Shown here one piece after another: positions 26,545 through 34,939 of a DNA stretch of 64,000 nt (the stretch's first letter is position 1; every line of letters starts with the position of its first letter). The notes beneath the pieces are model-generated. The model was not told the DNA's origin. It saw nothing but the letters and a program-made list of their open reading frames with translations, and searched no databases. Made by a program: the position numbers and the translations under genes. Source of the DNA: a virus (Duplodnaviria; Caudoviricetes); the IMG/VR virus record IMGVR_UViG_3300048549_001527; one strand, 5' to 3'.

Positions 26545-27498
26545 ATGTCTATTGATGCTAAACAAAATGAAGTGCTCTGGGTTGAGCGCTATCGGCCGCA
26601 ACTTATCGCGGATACTATACTTCCTGAAAAAACTAAATCTATGTTCACAAAGTTTGTTACGGATAACAGCGTACCAAACTTATTGCTAACTGGCGGCCCA
26701 GGCGTTGGCAAAACTACAATTGCGAAAGCAATGCTCGAAGAACTCGGCTGTGATTATATTGTAAAGAACGGCTCTTTGAATGTTAACATCGATACTCTTC
26801 GTTATGATATATCAACATATGCCTCTGCTGTATCGCTACAAGGTGGTCGCAAATATGTAATCTTTGACGAAGCTGATTACCTTAATGCTGCAAATGTTCA
26901 ACCAGCTTTGCGTAATTTTATTGAAGAATATTCTTCAAACTGTGGCTTTATTTTTACTTGTAACTTTAAGAATAGAATTATTCAGCCATTACGTTCTCGG
27001 TTGTCTGAAGTTGACTTTACAATTGAAACATCTGACCGTCCTAAACTTGCAATGCAGTTTATGAAACGAGTTACGCAAATCCTCGAACAAGAACAAGTAG
27101 AATATGACCAATCTGTTGTTGCAAAGGTTATTCAAAAACACTTCCCTGATTTCCGTCGTGTACTAACTGAACTGCAATCCTACTCAGCATCAGGTAAAAT
27201 TGACGAAGGTATCTTTATCAATTTGAAGCAAGAGTCCATGGATGAATTGTTTCGTTTGTTAAAAGCTAAAGACTTTACTAATATGCGTAAATGGGTTGCA
27301 AAGAATAGCGATCAAGATATGAATGAAATGTTCCGTCGCATTTATGATATGGGATCTGATAAAGTTTTAATGAAATCATTACCTGGGTTTGTTGTAACTC
27401 TGGCAGATTATATGTATAAGGCAAACTTTGTTGCAGATCTTGAAGTCAATATGGTTGCATTCTTAACTGAAGTAATGATTGAAGCCGAATATAAATGA
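26545..27498 (+). CDS. 44: Clamp loader large subunit (AAA+)
   Basis: WVERYRP, GGPGVGKTT, IFDEAD, ALR..IEE, LRSR. Confidence 0.95.
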   Translation: MSIDAKQNEVLWVERYRPQLIADTILPEKTKSMFTKFVTDNSVPNLLLTGGPGVGKTTIAKAMLEELGCDYIVKNGSLNVNIDTLRYDISTYASAVSLQGGRKYVIFDEADYLNAANVQPALRNFIEEYSSNCGFIFTCNFKNRIIQPLRSRLSEVDFTIETSDRPKLAMQFMKRVTQILEQEQVEYDQSVVAKVIQKHFPDFRRVLTELQSYSASGKIDEGIFINLKQESMDELFRLLKAKDFTNMRKWVAKNSDQDMNEMFRRIYDMGSDKVLMKSLPGFVVTLADYMYKANFVADLEVNMVAFLTEVMIEAEYK

Positions 27499-27701
27499 GT
27501 GAATGGATAAAAAAACTAATAGGTGTCCACACTTGTTTCAATTGTGAAAAATATATTGATAAGAAAGATATATACAATGTAGATCTTGATACGCTTGATG
27601 GAGTACTACACCTAAAGCTATGCCCAACTTGTGCTAAAGATTTTGATGATATGATGAAAGAATTGGAGGAAGTAATTGCCGAAAGAGATAACACCATTTG
27701 A
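27495..27701 (+). CDS. Small zinc-finger protein
   Basis: CFNC...CPTC; coupled to gp44 and gp62. Confidence 0.65.
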   Translation: MSEWIKKLIGVHTCFNCEKYIDKKDIYNVDLDTLDGVLHLKLCPTCAKDFDDMMKELEEVIAERDNTI

Positions 27702-28092
27702 TTTTATGAATGCAGTATCCTTTACTAAAGAGGATCTGATTGGTAACCACGAAAACCCAGACCAAGCTGAAAAGCTATATGTTCCTTACATGGTCAATCG
27801 TGGCTTTGCAAACTTTGAAGATACCATACTCCATGCAAACGAATTGAATCAACGTGCTCATTTATTTGACCGTGCTCAATTTGACTATTATCGTGGAGCA
27901 TTACGTAAACGTAAACGTTTTTCAAAATGGCCAAAAGCTGATAAAAACATAGACTTAGACGCTATTCAGGAAGTGTATCAATGTAATAGAACCATAGCAA
28001 AGCTTTACCTTAAGGCGTTAACAGTTGAAGATTTAAAGACTATCCATACGAAGCTTGAGACAGGCGGTGTTGGCACCAAATCAAAGAAATGA
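27676..28092 (+). CDS. 62: Clamp loader small subunit
   Basis: PFDFMNAV, YVPYMVNRG, RKRKRFSKW; TTG start. Confidence 0.88.
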   Translation: MPKEITPFDFMNAVSFTKEDLIGNHENPDQAEKLYVPYMVNRGFANFEDTILHANELNQRAHLFDRAQFDYYRGALRKRKRFSKWPKADKNIDLDAIQEVYQCNRTIAKLYLKALTVEDLKTIHTKLETGGVGTKSKK

Positions 28093-28154
28093 TAAATATT
28101 GAGAATCGCAATTGAGCGTTCAGTGATAATAATAATAAAAAAGGTGCTGTCGTT

Positions 28155-28562
28155 ATGCAATCTGAAGAAAACATTTTTAAAGGTGTTGGTATTGAGGTAT
28201 CCCTCCCAACACAGGATAGTTTTTTAAAAATTAAAGAAACTCTCACGCGTATTGGTATTTCATCCCGCAAAGAAAAGAAGCTGTATCAGTCTTGCCATAT
28301 ATTACACAAGCAAGGTCGATATTCAATTTTACACTTTAAAGAACTATTTATTTTAGATGGTAAAAAAGATACATTTGCTGATGAAGACAAAGCAAGGCGT
28401 AACACAATTGTTAACCTACTTGAAGAATGGGGATTAGTTAATGTTATTGACACAGATAACGCACAAGACCCAATTGCCCCATTAAACCAAATTAAAATAT
28501 TATCTCATAAAGAAAAAGGTAATTGGATATTAGAGGCAAAATATAACATAGGAAAAAAATAA
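28155..28562 (+). CDS. regA: Translational repressor RegA
   Basis: FLKIKETLTRIGI, LYQSCHILHKQGRY.I.HFKELF.LDG. Confidence 0.95.
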   Translation: MQSEENIFKGVGIEVSLPTQDSFLKIKETLTRIGISSRKEKKLYQSCHILHKQGRYSILHFKELFILDGKKDTFADEDKARRNTIVNLLEEWGLVNVIDTDNAQDPIAPLNQIKILSHKEKGNWILEAKYNIGKK

Positions 28563-28565
28563 ATT

Positions 28566-29075
28566 ATGAATGTATATAAAGTGAATGAAAATGCTGAGTT
28601 GCCGGCATATGCAACAGATGGCTCAGCTTGTTTTGATATTAAAGCATGTTTTAAACGTGGTGATAAACTTTTAGCCTATAATAATTGGAATAAAGAAACA
28701 CACGTGGCGGTTAAAGGTGTTGGGCGAGTTGCTGACGCGTTTCAAATTCCCCCGGATACTAGAGTCTTAATACCAACTGGCCTCGTGTTTGATATACCTG
28801 AAAACCACGTAATGAAAATGTACGTACGTTCAGGCGTTGCACTAAAAAAAGGATTGACATTAGCAAATAATGTTGGTATAATAGATTCAGACTATGTGGA
28901 ACAGACTTTCATTATGATGATTAATCAAACTGATAGTCTTGTTATGATTGAAAACGGTGAGAGACTGGCGCAGTGTCTTATTGAAAAGACTACAAAAATT
29001 GAAATTAATGAAACTGCTGAACCAATTGTTTCTAAGACAGATCGTGATGGAGGTTTTGGTAGTACAGGAGATTAA
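28566..29075 (+). CDS. dut: Trimeric dUTPase
   Basis: SACFDI, RSG.A.K, GIIDSDY, RLAQ, RDGGFGSTG. Confidence 0.93.
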   Translation: MNVYKVNENAELPAYATDGSACFDIKACFKRGDKLLAYNNWNKETHVAVKGVGRVADAFQIPPDTRVLIPTGLVFDIPENHVMKMYVRSGVALKKGLTLANNVGIIDSDYVEQTFIMMINQTDSLVMIENGERLAQCLIEKTTKIEINETAEPIVSKTDRDGGFGSTGD

Positions 29076-29076
29076 A

Positions 29077-29412
29077 ATGTTAAAATACATTACTTTAGGA
29101 CTACTTGCTGCGAGCTCTGCTGTGGCACAAGAACAAGGTGATATCACACGACATCCTTGTGGATCGTTTGAAGAAGCTGGAGCAATTTTAAAATCAACAG
29201 GGCAAGATATGCTTTGGAAAGGCCGCGGCACAACATTCCATATTAGCGGTGAGCAACAAACACCTGAAGTGGTATTCCATGTTAATCAGAAAACCGGTGC
29301 ATGGAGTTTAGTATCGTTATATCCAGGAAACATAGCTTGTTTAGTAATGGCGGGATGGGGGTTTGAGCCTTATTCAATTCCAACAAAAAAAATTGAAAAA
29401 AAATCCCCATAA
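29077..29412 (+). CDS. Secreted/periplasmic hypothetical protein
   Basis: Signal peptide MLKYITLGLLAASSAVA; GGAG RBS; two Cys. Confidence 0.7.
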   Translation: MLKYITLGLLAASSAVAQEQGDITRHPCGSFEEAGAILKSTGQDMLWKGRGTTFHISGEQQTPEVVFHVNQKTGAWSLVSLYPGNIACLVMAGWGFEPYSIPTKKIEKKSP

Positions 29413-29415
29413 CTA

Positions 29416-29443
29416 TTGACATTTAACTAAAAAGTATTATATA
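29416..29443 (+). promoter_or_regulatory. Putative promoter of hsp20
   Basis: TAACTATTGACATT identical to two early promoters; the -10 box is only a weak match (TATATA). Confidence 0.5.
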
Positions 29444-29447
29444 TAGA

Positions 29448-29508
29448 TAGTAGACGCTCAACAGAGGTCTATTAAAATTAACTCGCTTATTTAAGGAGAA
29501 CAAAAATG
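29448..29508 (+). promoter_or_regulatory. ROSE-like RNA thermometer in the hsp20 5' UTR
   Basis: Hairpin 1 TAGAC-G-CTC/GAG-GTCTA; hairpin 2 CTC-G-CTT/AAG-GAG sequesters the SD with a bulged G; contains UCGCU (ROSE consensus UYGCU). Confidence 0.7.
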
Positions 29509-29964
29509 ACTAGAACTAAATTTAATGCGGCAGCGCTAAACGATCCATTGTTTATCGGATTTGACAGAATGTTAGAAAGAATGAATTCTGTTGATACAGT
29601 GCATCGCAACACGTCCAATTATCCCCCATATAATATTGTAAAAGTAGACGAAGATAATTTTACTATAGAACTGGCATTAGCTGGTTTTAAAGATGAAGAT
29701 ATTGACGTTACACTAAAAGATGGAGTATTATATGTTGAAGGTAACCAAGGTGATAACGATGAAAAAACATATTTGCATCGTGGGCTATCGGCTCGTTCCT
29801 TCCGTAGATCTTTTACAATAGCTGATACCATTGTTGTTAATGGAGCAGATTTTGTAAATGGCATTCTAACCATTTCGTTAGAAAATGTAATTCCTGAAGA
29901 AAAGAAACCTCGAAAGATTGCTATCAACAACGGAAATCATAAGGCTGAACTTCTCAACGGGTAA
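29506..29964 (+). CDS. hsp20: Small heat-shock protein Hsp20 (IbpA-like)
   Basis: FIGFDRM, NYPPYNI, ELALAGF, YLHRGLS.RSF.RSF, NGILTI.LE..IPEEKKPRKI. Confidence 0.95.
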   Translation: MTRTKFNAAALNDPLFIGFDRMLERMNSVDTVHRNTSNYPPYNIVKVDEDNFTIELALAGFKDEDIDVTLKDGVLYVEGNQGDNDEKTYLHRGLSARSFRRSFTIADTIVVNGADFVNGILTISLENVIPEEKKPRKIAINNGNHKAELLNG

Positions 29965-29970
29965 GTACTA

Positions 29971-29998
29971 TTGACAAAATAATAAACTATGTTATATT
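29971..29998 (+). promoter_or_regulatory. Sigma70-type promoter
   Basis: TTGACA-16nt-TATATT with extended TG. Confidence 0.7.
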
Positions 29999-30011
29999 GA
30001 TTCTAATAACG

Positions 30012-30035
30012 GTCAAACCCTATACTGGGTTTGAC
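30012..30035 (+). repeat. Perfect 9-bp inverted repeat (5' leader hairpin)
   Basis: GTCAAACCC-TATACT-GGGTTTGAC followed by TTTT. Confidence 0.75.
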
Positions 30036-30058
30036 TTTTAACACACACGGAGAGTAAT

Positions 30059-30418
30059 ATGAAAAAGGTAAAACCCATTGGATGGGCAACCACATTGACT
30101 GAAATTGCAAGTATTCCTAAAGATATGTGGGATAGCGTAATGACAGTAGAAAAATCCCCACTACAAAATTTAGACCCTATGGTAGGACACATGATCTTTC
30201 AGTGTCTATTCTTTATTTGGTCTGGTATTTTTGCATTAATGGTAGGAAGTTATTTGGCATTTGGAATTAGTGCTGCGTTTCACCTATTGCTTATTAGCGG
30301 TATTACAATTACAGTTGTGACATTTCGTCAAGCAGAAAACAATCCCGAGTCTCTTAACAATCTTTTAAAATCAGGTCGTAAATATAATGGCCGTGCAAAT
30401 GGTGGTGAGCATGAGTGA
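30059..30418 (+). CDS. Membrane hypothetical protein
   Basis: Two hydrophobic helices; GGAG RBS. Confidence 0.75.
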   Translation: MKKVKPIGWATTLTEIASIPKDMWDSVMTVEKSPLQNLDPMVGHMIFQCLFFIWSGIFALMVGSYLAFGISAAFHLLLISGITITVVTFRQAENNPESLNNLLKSGRKYNGRANGGEHE

Positions 30419-30569
30419 GCAAACACAATATTGCACAACCAAAGGCTTAGGCTGGGCATTCTTGATTATTATTATTATGATGGTAGGTTTACCTATTCTT
30501 GGTTCAGCAATTGCTTACCCAGATAATTGTAAGCAATCTATTCTTATTCCGTGTATAGGTTTAGAGTAA
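30411..30569 (+). CDS. Small single-TM protein
   Basis: GLGWAFLIIIIMMVGLPILG; two Cys in the C-terminal tail. Confidence 0.65.
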   Translation: MSEQTQYCTTKGLGWAFLIIIIMMVGLPILGSAIAYPDNCKQSILIPCIGLE

Positions 30570-30748
30570 TGCATATTGTTAGAAAAAAATCTGGTGAAAT
30601 AATTGCAATCGCATCACGTTTAGAAGATGCGATTTCAATTGCAGATGGTGCAAAAGTTGATAAAGAAGATTATGTTGTTCAAGAGTCAACTGACCAACAA
30701 GAACTCGCAGAAGTTTATCGTTCTTATTATGGGACAAGATCACTATGA
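30569..30748 (+). CDS. Small hypothetical protein
   Basis: TAATG-coupled ORF. Confidence 0.6.
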   Translation: MHIVRKKSGEIIAIASRLEDAISIADGAKVDKEDYVVQESTDQQELAEVYRSYYGTRSL

Positions 30749-30951
30749 CTGATGATGAAGTACGTGCAGCCGCTCAGAAAGAAGCGGAAAAAACCTTTGA
30801 TGGCTTCATCTTATGGTCTAAACGAACTACCTATGCTTCGATTGCATTTTTATTGATTGTAGCATCGTGTAACTTTGGGGTAGAGGACGACACCTATCCT
30901 GCCTATAATGGCGAACAATATAATCCGTCCAATCTTAATGTAAAGAAATAA
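30745..30951 (+). CDS. aa3-type cytochrome c oxidase subunit IV-like membrane peptide
   Basis: EAEKTFDGFILW followed by a TM helix, matching the E.TF.GF..W pattern of alphaproteobacterial CtaH/CoxIV. Confidence 0.55.
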   Translation: MTDDEVRAAAQKEAEKTFDGFILWSKRTTYASIAFLLIVASCNFGVEDDTYPAYNGEQYNPSNLNVKK

Positions 30952-30966
30952 AGATAGGAAACAAAT

Positions 30967-31395
30967 ATGAAAAATTTAATTACCGCTAGTATTATGGCGC
31001 TTTTTGCAACAACGGCATATGCTGAAGATATGACTGTTGAAATGTTGAACAAACGTGATGATGGCGCTAAGATGGTATATAGTGAAGATATCGCACGTAT
31101 TGACGTAGGTGATACAATCACATGGGTACCAACATCAAAAGGTCACAATGTAGAATTTATTGCGGGCCCAGACGGATGGAAAGCACCAAAGAAATCAAAA
31201 CTTAACAAAGAAGTGGCGATTACATTTGATACACCAGGCGTATATCTATATCAGTGTTCGCCACACAAAACAATGGGCATGATTGCCATTGTGGTTGTAG
31301 GTAAGCCAGAAGGTGAAGCTAAAGATCGTTTGAAAGATGTCAAAGTAAAAGGCAAGTCAAAGAAGAAGTTCAAAGAGTTACTGGCTGATCTATAA
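30967..31395 (+). CDS. Pseudoazurin (periplasmic type-1 copper protein)
   Basis: Signal peptide; VEMLNK..DG.KMV; GHNVEF; Y.Y.CSPH..MGM (His, Cys, His, Met ligands). Confidence 0.92.
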   Translation: MKNLITASIMALFATTAYAEDMTVEMLNKRDDGAKMVYSEDIARIDVGDTITWVPTSKGHNVEFIAGPDGWKAPKKSKLNKEVAITFDTPGVYLYQCSPHKTMGMIAIVVVGKPEGEAKDRLKDVKVKGKSKKKFKELLADL

Positions 31396-31685
31396 TGTGT
31401 CCAGCATGTTACATTAACGGACTTCTGTTGCTTATATTTGGAGCAACAGGGGCGCAATTAGCCAGCAACCCTTGGATTATTGCACTCAGTACAGTGCTTA
31501 CTATTGGCGGCTTTTGGTGGATGTGGCGAGCATACAAACGCAGCAAAGGCAAAGGCGGACTAAAAAAGAATCTTAAGATTACGGCTTTGGTTTTATTTGC
31601 ATTTGCGGCAGGCTATGTTACGGCAGCATATCAAACACATGAGTATTGGCAAGAAGCATATGGTGCTGAGGATCATTTAGAATGA
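31395..31685 (+). CDS. Membrane protein with N-terminal MCPAC motif
   Basis: CxxC followed by three hydrophobic segments. Confidence 0.7.
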   Translation: MCPACYINGLLLLIFGATGAQLASNPWIIALSTVLTIGGFWWMWRAYKRSKGKGGLKKNLKITALVLFAFAAGYVTAAYQTHEYWQEAYGAEDHLE

Positions 31686-31695
31686 GCAAGCCGAA

Positions 31696-32097
31696 ATGAA
31701 AAGTTTAGTTGATAAAATACCAGAGTTTTGTATGAGCCATTGGTTACTTCGTATTCCATTGGCCATCGTATTCCTTCAACAGGGCCTTGATAAATGGCCC
31801 GTTGATGCTGGAACAGCAGAGTCCTTTGCACTACCACTAATTGTTTGGGTCTTTGTTGTTTATGGTGAAATTGGTTCAGGAGTCGGATTACTCGTTGGCG
31901 GAGTACTTGCCAATTGGTTTAAAGAATTGGGCGATCTAACTACGCGGTTTAGTGGTATTACAATCTGTAGTATTATGACAGGCGTTATTTGGATCGGCGA
32001 ACCTGAAAGCTTTATGGATGTAATTCTATATGATAACTTTCATGTTTTATTATGGGTAGGTGGAATGTTTTTTGCACTAAGAGGTAATAGAACGTAA
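31696..32097 (+). CDS. DoxX-family membrane protein
   Basis: LLRIPLAIVFLQQGLDK, GEIGSGVGLLVGG, four TM segments. Confidence 0.75.
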   Translation: MKSLVDKIPEFCMSHWLLRIPLAIVFLQQGLDKWPVDAGTAESFALPLIVWVFVVYGEIGSGVGLLVGGVLANWFKELGDLTTRFSGITICSIMTGVIWIGEPESFMDVILYDNFHVLLWVGGMFFALRGNRT

Positions 32098-32291
32098 TGG
32101 TAAAACCTAATACCAGTTTCAACTTAGATGTTGATGATATAAATATGATTGATGAAGCGTTGATTGTATTACAACATCAGCGTACCGGCGTTGTAGGATT
32201 TGAAATAGAAGCTATTACAAATCTTAGAGCCAAAATTTTTCATCAAAAGAATTGGTATAAACCAAAGGACCGCTTCGCAGGAGGCGGATAA
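32097..32291 (+). CDS. Small hypothetical protein
   Basis: 64 aa coupled ORF. Confidence 0.65.
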   Translation: MVKPNTSFNLDVDDINMIDEALIVLQHQRTGVVGFEIEAITNLRAKIFHQKNWYKPKDRFAGGG

Positions 32292-32313
32292 CACAACACA
32301 CAGGAGAACAAAA

Positions 32314-32523
32314 ATGTTTAACGACTTTACAACTAACTACTTTATCGACCATATTCAATCTACAAAGAAAACAATGGTTGATACATTGGTAAAAGACGAA
32401 AAATTGTCTGCGCCACTACATGCTTTTATTGAAGCGCAAACATCTTTTACTAAAGTGGCAATGAAATCTATGACTGATTTTATGAATGCATCTGGTGAAA
32501 CCGCAGCAAAGGTAATGAAATAA
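32314..32523 (+). CDS. Small helical hypothetical protein
   Basis: AGGAG RBS; amphipathic helices. Confidence 0.75.
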   Translation: MFNDFTTNYFIDHIQSTKKTMVDTLVKDEKLSAPLHAFIEAQTSFTKVAMKSMTDFMNASGETAAKVMK

Positions 32524-32741
32524 TGAGTAAAAACCCTTTTGAAATTCGTGCAGATATGTTGCAGATGGCTAAAGAGTATATGGATCAAATCCATGAAACT
32601 AACCATATCTATGCAGCCAAAATGATGGAATTAGGTCAAATTCAATTTGAAGAATATCAAAAGATGACTGAACTATATTCAGTCGAGGAGCTCACGAAAA
32701 AAGCTACAGAAATGTATTCGTTTGTTTCAAATAAAGATTAA
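32523..32741 (+). CDS. Small hypothetical protein
   Basis: MSKNPFEIRADMLQMAKEY; coupled; followed by a terminator. Confidence 0.75.
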   Translation: MSKNPFEIRADMLQMAKEYMDQIHETNHIYAAKMMELGQIQFEEYQKMTELYSVEELTKKATEMYSFVSNKD

Positions 32742-32743
32742 GG

Positions 32744-32772
32744 AAAAGGGGATCTTCGGGTCCCCTTTTTTT
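32744..32772. terminator. Bidirectional intrinsic terminator with cUUCGg tetraloop
   Basis: AAAA-GGGGATC-TTCG-GGTCCCC-TTTTTTT between convergent genes. Confidence 0.9.
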
Positions 32773-32774
32773 AA

Positions 32775-34766
32775 TTAATCATACACGGTACCAGGATACG
32801 GACCTGATGCGTAAGTGTTCATATTTTTATCCATATGACCACCGATAATGGTAGGAGCTTCAACAAATGCATCACCGCCTTTTTGTGTTATAACTGGTGA
32901 AACAGTTTGATCCCCACCTTTAATAATAACAGTGTTACCATTTTGAAGAGCTAGATCCGCAATCGCGTCTAAAGCATTAGTTTCAAACCCTGGCGCAACA
33001 TTCACAATTCTTCTTGCTTGAGCGCTGCTCAACCTTGCATTTGGATAAACCCTACCCGATCCTACTCCCATTCCAGATATAGCTGCGGCTGGCACGTCAA
33101 ATAGACCTAGGCCGCCAGTACCCGGAGGTCCATAGTTTGCAGATGTAGTAGTTTGCCCACCACCTCCATATTTTGCTGCAGCTTCTGCCATCAGTTGTGA
33201 AGTGCCAAGAGCATCATTAATTTGAGATTGAACTTTGTTAATTTCACTTTGTGGCGGTGTTTCACCCAATGCCCATTCCACAATTTTAAGGCCAAGATAA
33301 TCTCCAGCAAGACCGCCAAGAATTGCGCCAGCAATTCCACCTGCAGGAACTGTAAGCCACGCAAGTGGTCCGCCGAGCAGTCCAGCAGCGCCGCCAGCTA
33401 AACCGCCACCACCAGCACCAATAAAGCCGCCAAGCCATGTTCCTAATAGTTTTGTTCTCTGTGATTCTTCAGTCTGTTCCAACGCGCTTAAAATCATAAT
33501 TAAGTCAACTACTTTAAATGCTACGTTTACTCTATTCAAATAATCAAAGATTTTCATTAAAACATTACGCCATTTTGCAGGAATTTTATCATTGTAATCT
33601 TGCAACAATTTTTGTAGGTCGCTTTTTGTGGCTCTTCTATTAGTATTTGCAGGAGCTGCTTTTACAGCAGCAGTTGGTTTAAACGTGGTAGCGCCTTGGG
33701 GTTTTCCGATCTGCGTAGGACTATTATTAAAACCAGTCAATGGCTTGTCTATTGAAGGCACAATAGGTTTATTTTGATTAGCAGTTTGAAACCCTGCTAC
33801 AGACATTCTGTCAGGCAAATACCCCGGGCCTTCTGGTGTAAATGTTGACAATTCTGGGGTAAACTGAGATACCATATTGGCTCTTCTGAATCTTTCGGTT
33901 TCTATTTTTCTGGCATCCTCTATTGCCTTAACTCTTTCGACCTCGGCCAGTCTTACTCTTTCAGCTTCAGCAGCTCTATTTAATGATTCTCCATAATTTG
34001 CGTATTTACTTCCTCGGCCTTTTTCGTCGAGCATCGGATCAATGTTAGGTGTTCTTCTTGCTATTCTTTTATCGTTTATTTCATCTAATGTTTGTGCTAA
34101 TTTTCTTGTAGCATTAATAAGAAACGGGGCACCAATCACTGAAGTAATCGCCCCCACCCAAAAACCAAAGCTTGTAATATCTTCTTTAAATTTTTCAATG
34201 TCTTCTTGCAATCCTGCTACTGTTGAATTAAGATTAGCGATTGTTTTATCCATATTACCGATAGTAGTTTTTAAATTAGTGAATGTTTCTTGTATAACTG
34301 CAGGATTAAATTCACTGATACCTTTTTCCATATTTGAAAATGCGCCATTAAACTGTTCGTCAATAGCACCTTTTAATAGATTATATCCTAGGAAAGCGCC
34401 ACCTGCCCCTAATGCCAAATTCTTTAAAGAAAACGCATTTCGCATTCCATCTATCATTTTTGCATCACGTTCTTCTTGTGCAGCTCGGTCATTCTTTTTT
34501 TCAACAATTTCCTGTTCAGCTTTTAAATTTTCAAAGTCTTCTTGACGCTTTCGATTTTCAGCTGCAGCTTCTTGAATACCCGCTTGCTGTCTGAGTATTT
34601 GAGTTTGCTCTGCTACGTTTGTTTGAATTGATGTAAACAAACCATCGAAACGGTCTAATTTGATTTTCACAGATCGTATTGAGTTGGTTCCGCTATTACG
34701 AACCAAATCGCCTTCTGCTCTTAATCTTTCTACTATCGCTGTTGTTTCAGCTGAGAGCTCTGCCAT
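32775..34766 (-). CDS. Tape measure / baseplate hub protein (gp29-like)
   Basis: 663 aa; coiled-coil N-terminus and Gly/Ala zipper; follows gp26-gp51. Confidence 0.6.
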   Translation of the reverse strand: MAELSAETTAIVERLRAEGDLVRNSGTNSIRSVKIKLDRFDGLFTSIQTNVAEQTQILRQQAGIQEAAAENRKRQEDFENLKAEQEIVEKKNDRAAQEERDAKMIDGMRNAFSLKNLALGAGGAFLGYNLLKGAIDEQFNGAFSNMEKGISEFNPAVIQETFTNLKTTIGNMDKTIANLNSTVAGLQEDIEKFKEDITSFGFWVGAITSVIGAPFLINATRKLAQTLDEINDKRIARRTPNIDPMLDEKGRGSKYANYGESLNRAAEAERVRLAEVERVKAIEDARKIETERFRRANMVSQFTPELSTFTPEGPGYLPDRMSVAGFQTANQNKPIVPSIDKPLTGFNNSPTQIGKPQGATTFKPTAAVKAAPANTNRRATKSDLQKLLQDYNDKIPAKWRNVLMKIFDYLNRVNVAFKVVDLIMILSALEQTEESQRTKLLGTWLGGFIGAGGGGLAGGAAGLLGGPLAWLTVPAGGIAGAILGGLAGDYLGLKIVEWALGETPPQSEINKVQSQINDALGTSQLMAEAAAKYGGGGQTTTSANYGPPGTGGLGLFDVPAAAISGMGVGSGRVYPNARLSSAQARRIVNVAPGFETNALDAIADLALQNGNTVIIKGGDQTVSPVITQKGGDAFVEAPTIIGGHMDKNMNTYASGPYPGTVYD

Positions 34767-34939
34767 TACGCAACCCCATTCTTTTCGTTTTGTTTCTGTA
34801 TAAAGTCACTTAACATACCAAAATACAAATCTCTTTCAAAAGGTAATAAATTTTCAATCTCTGTTATCGAATATTTATGGTGCTGAGCCAAACTAAATAT
34901 CATTTGATAATAATTAGCGAGAGTTATATGACTCAGCAC
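34766..34939 (-). CDS. 51: Baseplate hub assembly protein gp51-like (57 aa, not in ORF track)
   Basis: GTG start; LANYYQMIFSLAQHHKYSITEIENLLPFERDLY. Confidence 0.8.
   Translation of the reverse strand: MLSHITLANYYQMIFSLAQHHKYSITEIENLLPFERDLYFGMLSDFIQKQNEKNGVA

Noticed and set aside
28948-29076. Longer N-terminus for the 29077..29412 gene given by the ORF track
   Set aside because: It overlaps dUTPase by over 120 nt; the RBS and signal peptide point to ATG 29077.
32314-32523. Phasin (PHA granule protein) call for the small helical ORF
   Set aside because: Only general amphipathic resemblance; no diagnostic motif recognisable without a search.
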